Below the pieces are notes generated by a model. It searched no databases and had not been told where the DNA came from. It worked only from the letters and a program-made list of their open reading frames with translations. A DNA stretch of 64,000 nt. Origin: Thraustochytrium aureum. Taxonomy: Eukaryota. The first letter of the stretch is position 1; each line of letters starts with the position of its first letter. The translations under genes and the position numbers were made by a program. Shown piece after piece: positions 43,609 through 55,285 of this stretch. The DNA is taken from positions 510,660-574,659 of the forward strand of contig BLSG01000402.1 of NCBI GenBank assembly GCA_012862495.1. The letters run 5' to 3'.

Positions 43609-45038
43609 ATGGCGGACGACGAGCTCGACACGCGCACGCCGTTCAGCGTGAACCAGTACCAGGTGGGTAGGCTGCTCGGGGCTGGCGCGTTCGGGGACGT
43701 GCGGCTCGGGACGGACACCGCGGGGCGCGAGTATGCGGTCAAGTGCTTGTCGCGCAGCTTCCTGAAGAAGAAGCGAGAGTTTGTGCGCAGCGGCGCAGGG
43801 CGCCCCAAGATGAAGACGGCCCTCGACGACGTGCAGCGCGAGATCGCCATCGTAAGTTGCTGGCCCGTCGCGAGCGCGAGGGACGAGCGGCTGCTGACAA
43901 AAGCCCAACCCCCGCGACGCAGATGAAAAAAACCAAACACCCCAACCTAGTGAGCCTCGTAGAGGCGATCGACGACGAGGCGGACGACGCGCTGTACATC
44001 GTGCTCGAGTTCGTGACGGGCGGGCAGGCCATGTACTTTGACGGCAAGAAGAAGCGGTACTTCACGAAAGACGGCGGCGCGTACAGCGAGTCGCGCGCCA
44101 AGGAGCTCTCGCGCGACGTGATCAAGGGCCTCCGGTACTTGCACAAGCAGGGGATCATCCACCGCGACCTCAAGCCGGAGAACCTGCTCCTGAGCGACGA
44201 GGGCGTGTGCAAGATTGCCGACTTTGGCATCGCGCAAAAGCTCGACCTCGAGAAACGCGCGAGCGCGTCGATCACCAACATGCAGGGCACGCACCAGTTC
44301 ATGAGCCCCGAGATGATCACCGAGGCCAAGTACGACGGGTTTCTCGTCGACGTCTGGGCCTTTGGCGTGTGCCTCTACATCTTTGTTGGGAGCAAGCTGC
44401 CCTTTTGGGGCGACTCGCCTGAGGAGGTGTTCTCCGCCATCACGGACAGCGCGCTCACGATGCCGGACTCGGCCTCTCCCGAGCTCAGAGACGTGCTGTC
44501 GAAGATCCTCGAGAAGGACCCCGCCAAGCGTCTCCGTCTGGATGCGATCGCCCAACTCAACTACTTTGACTTTGAGGTGGTCGAAGCGGTGCCGACCGTG
44601 GAGCTCACCGAGGAGGAGCGCGTCAACGCTTTCACGCCCCGTCTCGACTTTGCGCAGACCGCGGCGCTCAAGGTCAAGATGGGCCGCTGGAAGAAGCAAG
44701 CTTCGGAGCGTTCCAAGACCTTCAGCCAGAGCTCGACGTCGCTCGACTCTGTGTCGGCGCCGCCCACTGTGAAAGAAGTGCCGTCTGAGCTTTCTTCCGC
44801 GGCTGCTACTGTGCCGGTGAAGTCCTCATCTGTGGAGGTTGCCATTGAAGACAGCAAGGGAGCCGCGTCTCCGGCGGACGAGCCGGTGCCTCCGAAAGCC
44901 TCGCCGGAAGCGGTGGAGGATCAGGAGGCGTCGCCTGCGGGGGCTGCCAAGGCCTCGGCAGTGTCTTCCGCGGAGCCAGCCAAGGCGGCTGCTGCCAGGG
45001 CCGAGCGGGATGCGAACGGTTGTTGTCTCTGCATGTGA
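43609..45038 (+). CDS. CAMKK-family Ser/Thr kinase with C-terminal CaaX; exons 43609-43851 and 43923-45038
   Basis: LGAGAFG, YAVK, REIAI|MKKTKHPNLV after splicing, HRDLKPEN, DFG, GTHQFMSPE, DVWAFG; ends GCCLCM. Confidence 0.9.
43852..43922 (+). other. Spliceosomal intron, 71 nt
   Basis: GTAAGT donor, GCTGAC branch, GCAG acceptor; removal restores the kinase frame. Confidence 0.92.
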
Positions 45039-45675
45039 TGGTGAATGAATCAATCAATCAACGAGCCGCGGCGCGGCCGGCTCCGCGTGAAACCGTTCTT
45101 CAGCGCTACATAGTTAGTAGAGCGAGAAAAAATAAGTTCTGTTCTGTGCAGCCGTGCTCAACGAGTACTCTGCTCGAGGACTTGTCTTCTTCAGCCTCGA
45201 GCCAAGCGCCGCGTTTCGGCTGCGCGTTCGCGCGTCTGAACTGAACTGAACCCGCCGACCAACAAAGTAGTCTTCTTCACAACGAGTACTTCGGGCTGAT
45301 GTGAGTACAACGTTTGGTACTCCTGGGCAGGTTGGGCAGGACGAGCTACCAACGGCGGCTCTCAACAGCAGTTCAGACCTGCCTACTCCAAGCAAGCACA
45401 AGCACAAGCAAGCGCCGCAAGCGGGTGGAGCACCCCCGCAGTACAGGTCGTACTTCCAGGTCGAGCAAGCAGTTCAGATGTTCTTGAAGATCAATCAATC
45501 AAACAACCAATCAACGAGTAGCACTCTCCCACTGGGACTCCCTCCTCCACGCGAGCCGCGACGAGCCAGCCGCCACGGAGCAGGCCGCCCGGACACCACT
45601 CGCCGGTCCTCTGCCAGACAGTCCATTGAATCCAGCCTCCGGTCGGCTGTCAGACCACAACAGGCAGTTGGACCT

Positions 45676-45869
45676 GGTGTTCTGTTCCCTCTGTTCCCTT
45701 TGTTCCCTCTGTTCCTTTTGTTCGTTCTGTTTTTGTACTGTTTTGCATTTTGTTCAGTTCTGTTCCACTGCTGTGAGAGAGAGAGACAGAGCAGCAGCAG
45801 ACTCGGAGCAGCAGAGCAGAGTGCGGCGCAGGCAGGCAGGCAGGCAGGCGGGCAGGCAGGCAGGCAGGC
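45676..45869. repeat. Low-complexity tract: TGTTC(C)-like repeats, (GA)n, (GCAG)n
   Basis: Directly visible; ends at the assembly gap. Confidence 0.85.
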
Positions 45870-46485
45870 NNNNNNNNNNNNNNNNNNNNNNNNNNNNNNN
45901 NNNNNNNNNNNNNNNNNNNNNNNNNNNNNNNNNNNNNNNNNNNNNNNNNNNNNNNNNNNNNNNNNNNNNNNNNNNNNNNNNNNNNNNNNNNNNNNNNNNN
46001 NNNNNNNNNNNNNNNNNNNNNNNNNNNNNNNNNNNNNNNNNNNNNNNNNNNNNNNNNNNNNNNNNNNNNNNNNNNNNNNNNNNNNNNNNNNNNNNNNNNN
46101 NNNNNNNNNNNNNNNNNNNNNNNNNNNNNNNNNNNNNNNNNNNNNNNNNNNNNNNNNNNNNNNNNNNNNNNNNNNNNNNNNNNNNNNNNNNNNNNNNNNN
46201 NNNNNNNNNNNNNNNNNNNNNNNNNNNNNNNNNNNNNNNNNNNNNNNNNNNNNNNNNNNNNNNNNNNNNNNNNNNNNNNNNNNNNNNNNNNNNNNNNNNN
46301 NNNNNNNNNNNNNNNNNNNNNNNNNNNNNNNNNNNNNNNNNNNNNNNNNNNNNNNNNNNNNNNNNNNNNNNNNNNNNNNNNNNNNNNNNNNNNNNNNNNN
46401 NNNNNNNNNNNNNNNNNNNNNNNNNNNNNNNNNNNNNNNNNNNNNNNNNNNNNNNNNNNNNNNNNNNNNNNNNNNNNNNNNNNNT

Positions 46486-48477
46486 AGCGCGAGCGCCGGC
46501 GCGCAGGCGGCGGGCGACGCCTCGGCCCCGGACGGCGGCCTCGACGAGGAGGCAACTGCGCTCCTGGACCTCCGCGACTTTGAGCGCATGGCCAAGGAGC
46601 AGGAGAATTTGGAGAAGCTCGAGCTGCGCGCGCACGTCGAAGCCGAGTCCGCCGCACCCGGCGGTGCGAAGAACGGCTGCCGGAGCAGCGCAAGCCCCGG
46701 TGGCGCAAACCTTGGCGCGCCAAGCAGGCGGGCGCCGCCAAGTACCGTCGTCGAAGTCTCAGGAAGCGGGAGCGACGACAATGCCGACGACGAGCTGGCG
46801 CAGGCGGCTGCAGCGGGCGAGGAGGCGACCTGCTCCCCCATGGCGCGCGCGCTGTCCGTGCCTTCTGGCGAAGGCCAGGTACCGGGGCTTTTCCAGGACG
46901 TTCCCTTGTTTTCCACGTTTGGGGGCCTCTCCGTTGCGCTGTGGCACATCTGGGAACTCGCCTTGGGTGGGGACCCCATCCTTGTTCTCGCGCCCACGCC
47001 TGACCGGTGCTCGCAGGCCGTCCTCGCGATCGCGAGCCTGATCGCGCCGATCTCGTATCGCGGCGACTACAGGCCCTATTTCACCATCTACGACAGCGAC
47101 TTTATGGAGATCAGCCGCAAGCACGACGAGCTGCGCGGCCAGGGCCTCCCTTCCTGCGTGCTTGGCGTCACCAATCCCTACTTTCTCAAGTCGCTCGAGT
47201 TTTGGCCGAACGTGATCTCCATGGGCGGGACAGGGCCATCGACCACCGCGCTCGCGCGCTCGCGCACCCCGCCGCCCGCTGAGAGCGGCCTCGCAGCCTC
47301 TGGTGGAAATGCGAACACGCATTTGCGGCCGCACCGACCTGGTGCCCCCCTGGCTGTTGCTGCCACGGTCTCCGCCTCCGCCTCCGCCTCCGTCTCGTCA
47401 GCGAGCCTGGCCGCCGCAGCGAGTGCGGCTGTAAACTCTGGTCGTGCCCTTGGGCGCCGCGTGAGCCGCGCCGACAAAGAGGCCAAGTACCAGGACATCT
47501 TGCGATCGTCCAAGCGGATGAACCGGATGTCGTCAAGCTTCGTTAGCACAAGCCTTGGCCGTGCAGAGAGCCTGAGCGTGGAGGGGCGGGACCTGAAGAC
47601 GGCGCGATACAACCCGACGGTAGCGAAGCGCGGTGACTCGCTTCGCGCGTTGCTGACTGATCAAAAGTACGAGCGCAGCATCATCCTCACGCGAGACCAG
47701 CCATTGGTCTCCCCAGACAAGGCCGTGCTGCGGTGTCTGCTGAGCGACCACGACGCGGCCAAAGCCGCTGCCCTCGTCGCGAGCGGAAGCGGGAAGGCGC
47801 TCACCGCGACCGAGCCGCCAGCGCTCGCCCTGAACAACGCGCTGCTCCGCCACCACTTTCAGCACTTGACCAAGTGCTTCCTGGAGCCGCTGGAGAGGTT
47901 TCTCAAGCTCGAGTCGGTCGGCTCGCGAGCGGCGCGCGAGAGCGGCATTTCCCTTTGGGCGTACGAGCAGCCCGGCTTGCTGGCGGAGCAGTTCAACCGT
48001 GATCTGTTCTTCGCCGAACTGGAGCGCAGCAAGCCGCCCAAGGAGCTCTTGCGGACCAACTGGCGCGAGCTGTACCGCAAATTTATTGACGGCCCGCACT
48101 TTGCGGGCTGGTTTGCTCAGCAGCGCTTCAAACTGGAGGTGCAGCTGTCCTTCATCTACAGGCACCTTCGCCTCAACACTGACCCGGACGTCCTTCTGCA
48201 GGCCGCAGGAGCTAGCTCCCGCCTGCGCGACATTGTGCTAGCAGAACTCGAGCGGGCCGCCTCGGGATCGGGCGCCGTCCCAGGTTCCGACTCGAATGGC
48301 GGCTCGGCGCACGCCGGGCACGGGTTTGAGGCAGAGAAGGCGGCCCACGTGTACGTGCGCGTGAAGCGCGCCCTGGACCAAGAGCTGGCCAAGACTGCTG
48401 CGGACAGGGACGACGAGCTCGTCGCCAAGATTCGTGAGCATCTAGACGCGGTTCAGAGCCTCCTGTCGCACGCGTAG
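46486..48477 (+). CDS. DENND6: DENN domain protein DENND6/FAM116-like; 5' part lost in gap
   Basis: LWHIWELAL.GDPILVLAPTP..CSQAVL...SLIAP..YRGDYRPYFTI.DSDF; LGVTNPYF; LRHHFQHLT..FL.PL; LYRKF..GPHF.GW. Confidence 0.88.
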   Translation, partial: SASAGAQAAGDASAPDGGLDEEATALLDLRDFERMAKEQENLEKLELRAHVEAESAAPGGAKNGCRSSASPGGANLGAPSRRAPPSTVVEVSGSGSDDNADDELAQAAAAGEEATCSPMARALSVPSGEGQVPGLFQDVPLFSTFGGLSVALWHIWELALGGDPILVLAPTPDRCSQAVLAIASLIAPISYRGDYRPYFTIYDSDFMEISRKHDELRGQGLPSCVLGVTNPYFLKSLEFWPNVISMGGTGPSTTALARSRTPPPAESGLAASGGNANTHLRPHRPGAPLAVAATVSASASASVSSASLAAAASAAVNSGRALGRRVSRADKEAKYQDILRSSKRMNRMSSSFVSTSLGRAESLSVEGRDLKTARYNPTVAKRGDSLRALLTDQKYERSIILTRDQPLVSPDKAVLRCLLSDHDAAKAAALVASGSGKALTATEPPALALNNALLRHHFQHLTKCFLEPLERFLKLESVGSRAARESGISLWAYEQPGLLAEQFNRDLFFAELERSKPPKELLRTNWRELYRKFIDGPHFAGWFAQQRFKLEVQLSFIYRHLRLNTDPDVLLQAAGASSRLRDIVLAELERAASGSGAVPGSDSNGGSAHAGHGFEAEKAAHVYVRVKRALDQELAKTAADRDDELVAKIREHLDAVQSLLSHA

Positions 48478-48673
48478 CGGTGCGACAGGAGGGCCTCGCA
48501 AAGCTGGCGCGGGGCTCCGCCCCCGCTCTCGCATGCGAGACTGGACTCGTGCCAGGCGCGCGCGCAAAACAGCAAGTATGTAGCGGAAAACGGGACACAA
48601 ACATGAACAGAACAGCAAATGTGCAAATCTTTCAAAAGTCATCAGCGCCCGACGGCGAGAATGGCGGCGGCGG

Positions 48674-51600
48674 CTACACAGCCACCGTGCCGCTGGCGGA
48701 CTCGCCACGCCACATACACCAGAGCTTGACGAGGATGCGCTCCAGCCAGTTAATCGCGGGGCCGCTCTTGCGCTCGCCCTCCCGGATGTCCAGTCGCGCT
48801 TGGATGCACTTGAGAAAGGCCACCGTGACGAAAAAGTGGCAAATGTTGGAAATGACGATCCCACCAAGCAGCACGTACATCCCGATGCCAAGCGTGCCGA
48901 GGAGCTGAAAGCAAGTTGCCGAGACGTCCTGCTCGTCGACGAGGTCGATGGCGCGAAGTTGGTTCTCCATGATCGGAGCAAGGAAGGCGCACTCCTTGTA
49001 AACCAGGTTGCCGGAGATGCTCCCAAGCTCGAGACTCGTGACTGCCACCCCGAGCGCAAAAACCTCCGAGCAACACCAGGCGGAGAGGACCACGTTGATA
49101 TCGTACACGAGGATGGCCCGATCGAGCGTGAAGCGACCAACGAGCATGGCGACCAGCAAAATAATCTGCAGCACCGGGATCACAACTACGGTCAGCATGA
49201 AGAACGCCCCGAGGTAAATCTCACCGACGCTGATGCCGCCGAGGATGATCGTCAGAAAGCGGAAGAGGCTGTACTCCTGCACCGTCTCCTTGCCCTCAAG
49301 GTCGATGACGAGCCGCGCAAGGCCGAGGACCTCTGTACGCAGAACAGGCGTCGCGGCCGCCGCCAAGATCATAATGATAGACATGATGAGCCCCACAATC
49401 AGCAACACGACGCCGCCCTTGGAGATGCCCAGTGTATACGAGCCGTTGCCTGCAGGAAAGGCGTACTCGATGATGGACTGCGCGACTTGGTCGGATTTTT
49501 GAGCCTCGCGGTTCACCGTGGCGACGCGCTTCTCGACGGCCTCGTGGTACCACTCGATCACGTTGGAGGTGGCCAGCGAGATCACGAGCGCCGTGCAGAA
49601 CGTGTATAGGCTGAGCTGCGGGTCGATGAGGAGCTCAAGGTAGTAAAAATCCGGGCGGCAGGAAGGTCGTCTCGGGAGACTTGACGTTGAGGCGGAAGGT
49701 GACCAAGATGAACAGCACGAGGTAGAGCTCCACAAGCGAGAGCTTGCCGAGCTGGTCCAGGCGGCGGATCAGCGCCCCGCGTCGGTGAAAGCTCAGTACC
49801 TTGGTCGGCAAAAACCACGCAGCTGTCATGCCGACGATCTTGATGTAGGGCCAGCAGATAGAGAGAATGATGATGAGCAGCGCGAGGAAATAGCCTCCCG
49901 CATTCCACACGGCCGAAGCAGACTGGATGACGCTGATGGACTGAAATTCCTCCAGGCCGATGGGCACGCCAGCGACGCTGGCAAGCAAGGATGTGGTGAT
50001 GGCGACTCCGACGTGCCCCATGATGAACAGCGCAAGGTTTGCGACGAGGAGGAAGGGGACCATGAATCGCCAGAAAACAGGCACGCAGGCGTGATTGAAC
50101 AGCGGCGTGTGCTCGAGCTCGTGCGCAACGTGGTCTGCGTTGTCGATCTGTTCGAGGAAAGCGAGGTCGGCAACCTTGCGCTTGGCGTCCTCGTCGTCCT
50201 CGTCGTCGAGTGCGGCAATGCGGCGGTGATTGTCCTTGACGTGCGTGCTGCTGATGCAGCAGCAGTTTGCCGTGGCGATGAGGCCCATGGCCACAGTTGA
50301 CATGCCGAGGAACGCATACGTGGCAGAGAGGTCTTCGGTGAGGCGCTCAAAGACCTGGTCGCTTGGCAAGCTGTCTTCGCCAGCGCACCAGCGCCGCATG
50401 TCAGATATGGTCGTGTTCCAGGCCTCCTTCTCAAAAAAGTCGATGAGGATGGTAGATGCATAGTCGAGCAGCTCGTTGACCAGTTTGAAGAACTCGTCGC
50501 TTGCCGCGTCATTGTTGAAGCGCTCCGAGAGCCCCTGCAGAACGTCGTTCATGCACTGGATGCACTCGAAGCGCATCAGCCCATTCACAAACAGCAGCTT
50601 GACGGCCTTGAGGCCGCCGTAGGGCTGCAGCTTGCCCATCCAGCACCAGAGCTCCAGCACGTCTCCGAGCTGTGTGGAAATGACGTCCATTTCGAAAAAC
50701 TTGAGCCACAAGTCCGCATACGCGTACACGTTGACGAAGCTCGCGTCGAGGCGGACGCGGTTCAGCTGCGTGCCCTTCGGGAACGGGGTCGGGGGCAACG
50801 TGGTGGGCGACTTTGACGGCCGCGCCGTTGTCGGCGAGCGCGTCGGCAGTGGAAACGTCGGCGCGACCGTAGGGCGGTCTGTCGCCTCCTGCAGCTCGCG
50901 GTCGTCCTCGGACAGCACACTCGGGCCTTCGACAGAGCCCCACAGCCCGCGCTGGTTGCGATACCACTCGCCCTCGCTCGGATCCACGTATTCGGCTGCG
51001 GCAGCCTGCTCGCGCGCGAGCTGGCGGCGGCGTTCGAGCGTGAACGAGCGGTCCGGGTATGTGTTGATCTCCAGCTCAATCGCAAGCCGGACCGGGTTCT
51101 GCTCGACCCCCAAGCCGAGCTCATTCACAAGGCCCTCCGTGCCGTATCCGCTAGTCTCGTTTACCTCGAAGAGCCTGAATGCGGTAAAGTTGGCGGGACT
51201 CAAGCCCCGAAGCTCGACCTTGGAGATGAGGAGCTCGAGCGTGACGTTGAGCCCGCCGCCGCTTGGAAGGTCCTCAAACACAAACACCTCGACCGGCTCG
51301 GAGAGCACCTGGTTCCACCCCTCGCTCGGCCCTGCTTTGTCCTTCGGAAACACAAGGTCCAGAATCGTGCTCACGGTGCTCTCGGTGAGGAGGTCTTGGA
51401 CGGTGTCCATGAGGTCGCCCTCAAAACTGAAAAATTCGCGGTCCGCAACCGGCGCCGGGCAGGAGAACGGCTCAATCAGCTCCACGTTCACAAAGTTCTC
51501 GCGGGCCACCTCTTCGATGAGACCGGGGATGAGGCCGACGAAAAGCGGCAGAATCGTGTTGACCGCCTCTTGGACCAGAACGATGAGACCGTCTGGGCCC

Positions 51601-53520
51601 CCGACACGGTCAAGGAGCCCCAGCGCTGTTCAGCACCCCCTCGGTGAGCCGCGGCGTCACGTAAAAGGTGGACATGAGGCAGTCCACCAAGTTGCCGGCC
51701 AGCGGGCCGACGGGCAGCGCGGTGACCGCGTTCTCGTCGATGGCGACGTTGGCTGCCCCCTCAAAAAAGAAGTTGCGCCATTCCGCGGCGAACGCAAGAC
51801 GCTCCAAGGGCAGCGTGAAGGGGTCTATCGTGAGCAGCGCCTGAGTGAGAACGTCCGTGGGGTCGGCGTCCGGCGCAACAAGGGTCGCGCCACCCATGAA
51901 CTCGACGAGGACTTCGAGGTCGAACGTGACGCCAATGTCAAAGCCGGAGATCTCCGGGATCAGCAGAGTCTGCTTGCCGAGCAACTGGATCCGGTCGAGC
52001 CAGAAGCGGTCGAACGTGGGAGCGTCGTCACGCGGCGTGATCGATACGAGGACGTTTCGAAGCGTGATGTTTACCAGAAGAGCCGTGACGTCTTTGCCCC
52101 TCGCGTCCTGCTGCAGGGCTAGCTCAAAGCCTGCCTTGAAGCCCTCCTCGGCGACGACCGTAGAGTTGCCAAAGACATCCTCCACGAGCTTTAGCGCGTC
52201 AAGGTTGACAACCACGCCCTTGTCCTCGTACAGAGTGGTCGAGTTGAGCAAAAGGTCAAGCACGGCGAGAATCGGGTCGGTGGAGTTGTCGAGTTCCACG
52301 TCAAGGAGGAAGTCGAAGATGTCTGTGAAAATGCTCACCTCCGGGTCGTCTCCCGAAATGTACACGCTGTCTCCGGGAAAGGCGTCGACGAGGTTGACCA
52401 GGAAGTTGTCCCCAAGGTCGGAAAGCAGAACAGTCTCCGGAGGACTGAAACTCTCCTCTAGCTTCAGAGCAAGGGCTCGACTAGCGCGGTCTTCGCCCTG
52501 CGGCTGGATCAAGTAGGTCGGGTCTGTTTGGTTCGACCACGGGAGCTCCGTGATCACCTGAGCGATGGCCTTGGTCACGTTGCTGCGCAGTTCGCACAGC
52601 ACTTCCTGCACTGGGTCGAGGGCGAGGGAAGACTTGTCTCCGTTAAGCTCCTCTGTGACTGATGTGGAAAGTTCGTCAATTGTGACCACTCCGATGATCG
52701 GAATATCAATCGTCACTGGTGTCAAGCCAGTTACGACGAATTCGACACCGCCGGGAGCGAAACTCACTACTGATGCGCAGTCCACGATGGCGGGGTTTGG
52801 CCCCTCTTCCTCCCCGAAGCCCATGTGAGGAGGCAGGAGAGTGAAATTGAGCCCGCTGTACAGTACGCTTCTGAAGTCGATATTGAGATCCGTGATCATT
52901 ATCGTCAATTCGCCATCATCTGGGGCAGGATTGGGATCATCTATGAGGTCCCCATTGTTGAAAGAGTTCTCTGCTTGCATTGGCAGCTTGCAAGTCAGGC
53001 CGAGTGTTCTCAGCAACAGGTCCAGGTGGAACTCTTCCTTCATCGTTCCGGGTCGGTTTTCACGGTCGTCTTCGTCGTACCAGTCTGGCCAGAATTCTTG
53101 GAAATCACCAGTGCGGCGACCAGTTATCTCGATGTTACCAATGGAGAGCGCATTGCACTTGGCCTTGGGCTGCCTGAAGTAGAACTTGAGATGCACACTG
53201 GCAAAGCAGTCATCACCGAGCAACTCGAAACATTTGGCGTCTTTGACGTCTATACTGTCGAGGCTTCCGATGTCCAAGTCGAGGCTGATCTTGCCGAGGA
53301 TCGAGTTGATTTGACTGTAGTCCCCACCCAGAAACCGACGGAGTGCTGCGGGCTCTGTGGCTAGGAGCCTCGCAGCGCTGCGCACCCCCGTCGCAAAATC
53401 GATTTCCTGCGCCGTGGCGAGCTCTTGTCCCACCAGCGCTGCGCTTCCAAGCGAGGCGGCGCAACTCCCCAGGACGGCGAGCACCGCGGCCCACGCCATC
53501 CTCGCAAATCCAGCCCGCAT
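48674..53520 (-). CDS. Large signal-peptide membrane protein (~1615 aa) with acidic ectodomain and two C-terminal PqiA-like membrane domains; frameshifts ~51629 and ~49652
   Basis: Signal peptide MAWAAVLAVLGSCAASLG; SVIQSASAVWNAGGYFLALLIIILSICWPYIK...LDQLGKLSLVELY and YSLF...LTVVVIPVLQ...LSAWCCSEVF match the PqiA pattern; removing one base from AA and one from CCC joins the three ORFs. Confidence 0.75.
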
Positions 53521-53865
53521 CTCGTCCTGCGCAGTTCGCCACCTCCCTCAGCCCGTCAACCAATAGCTCGTCGGCCGGCCTGTGCGCGGCGGAGGGCAGA
53601 TTGGGCACTGCCTTGCAGGATCGTTCGCACGCCAGCCCGCCCGCAAGGGAGGAAGCAAGCACGCAAGGGAGGAAGTACGACAGCGCACTTGCACAAAGGA
53701 TGCACGGCGACAGAGGGAATTGGAGCTGCCGACCGGCCTGCCTTTCGGCGCAGATGGATGAATGTGACCGCAAGCAATCTGCTCGGGCCTGCACCAAGCC
53801 TGCACGGTCCGCACGCAGCAAAACAGCAGCAGCGCCTCGACCTCAGAGGCTGTTGATTGAATGTA

Positions 53866-53906
53866 GAGGATGAATGCAAGGAGGATGAATGCAAGGAGGA
53901 TGAATG
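53866..53906. repeat. 15-bp tandem repeat (GAGGATGAATGCAAG) x2.7
   Basis: Copies at 53866, 53881 and 53896. Confidence 0.95.
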
Positions 53907-55049
53907 TATGTCCTCCGCTCGCTCGCGGCAGTCGGCGGGTGGGTGCCAGTCGCTGGGTGGGCGGGCGGAGTGAGTGCTCGTACTTCCCGCGCCATCGAAG
54001 GAAGGACAATCCATGGCACGCACGCACGGTTGCTCGCCAGACGATGGATGGGATCGACTCGGAAGTGGAAACGGGCTCAAGCCCACCTTGCGCGCCTCGC
54101 TCTCCCCTGCGCCAAGCCAGCAAAAACCCTGCCAAAAACCCGCCAAAACACATGCACAACCGACAGGAACAACAGCGCCTGGCAATGGCCATGTCGTTGT
54201 GCATGCACAAGGGGCGGGAGGGAGATGGGCCGCAGCGCGCTCAAGAGCGAGTGCACCGCCTCCTCCCTCGCGCTGCGCGTCCTTAGGGCCTCGTGCAGCG
54301 CCTTCCTCCTCTCCTCCCTTGCTTCTCTCCGCCGGTTCGTTCGGTCGTTCGTTTGTTCGTTCGTGAGAGCGGCGGGGAGAGAGAGAGAGGGCGTGCGTGT
54401 GAGTGTGCAGTGCCTGCGTGAGTGCGAGCCACCACTGCCACTGCCACGATTGGATCCGCTCGCTGTGAGGCGGAACTCGCCGATTGTGCAGGCGAGGAGG
54501 AGGAGGAGGAGGAGCCTGAGGAGGTACTAGTACTTACTCTAGCTCTAGTAGAGCACCGTAGAGTTCTTGAAGAGTACAGTACGGAGCGCTAGTGAGTGCT
54601 ACAAGTACCTACTCTCGTACTTCCCTCCTTCCCCTCTGTGCAGCGCAGTACTACGAGGGGGCGGTAGGTACTTGACCTGCTCGGAGTCAGGCTTGCCAAT
54701 TTGTTCTTGATCAAGTTGTTTTTATTTATTTATTTATTTATTTTTAACGTTTTTTCTTCTCACTAGCTGGCAGAGAGAGGAGGGAGGGAAGGAGGGGAGG
54801 AAGGGAGGGACATACGCGGAATCTTTGCGGGTCCAAATTGTCACTCTCACCTTCAATGGCGCGGAGGCCGTGAAGCGGCTGCTGATACCGCGCACCGCGA
54901 AGGATTGCATACGGCGCCTCACTCGTACACGCGGTCTTGTACAAGACGACAGCACGCCATGGAACAGATAGGGAACAGCGAACGATCGCTCGTGAAATAA
55001 TTCGAGTGGACAAAGTGTACTAAAGCCTAAAGGGCAACAGAGCGGGCCT

Positions 55050-55137
55050 CGCAAGCTCGCGAGTCGAGCTCGACTCGCAAGCTCCACTCGCGAGCTCGAC
55101 CCGCAAGCTCCACTCGCGAGCTCGAGCTAGAGCTCGG
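55050..55137. repeat. 13/26-bp palindrome-rich tandem repeat (CGCAAGCTCCACT/CGCGAGCTCGAC)
   Basis: 26-bp units at 55076 and 55102, with related subunits either side. Confidence 0.85.
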
Positions 55138-55285
55138 CCTCCAGCAGCGCGCGGACCTCGCGCGCGTCCGAGCGCGAGCCGCTCACCACCGCCCCATGGC
55201 GCAGGAACAGGAGGTGGTCCACTCGCGCCGGGACCTCGTCGGCGTGGTGAGTCACCACGACAAATGCGACCTGGTCGTGCCAGGC
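55127..55285 (-). CDS. C-terminal fragment of an ABC ATPase (ModF-like H-loop); remainder in gap
   Basis: FVVVTHHADEVP..VDHLLFLRHG resembles the H-loop and terminal strands of ABC ATPases; TAG at 55129-55127. Confidence 0.6.
   Translation of the reverse strand, partial: AWHDQVAFVVVTHHADEVPARVDHLLFLRHGAVVSGSRSDAREVRALLEAEL

Noticed and set aside
45301..46484. ORF-track N-terminal extensions through N-gaps (DENND6, HtrA, PSME4, Qor)
   Set aside because: Artefacts of translating Ns and microsatellites
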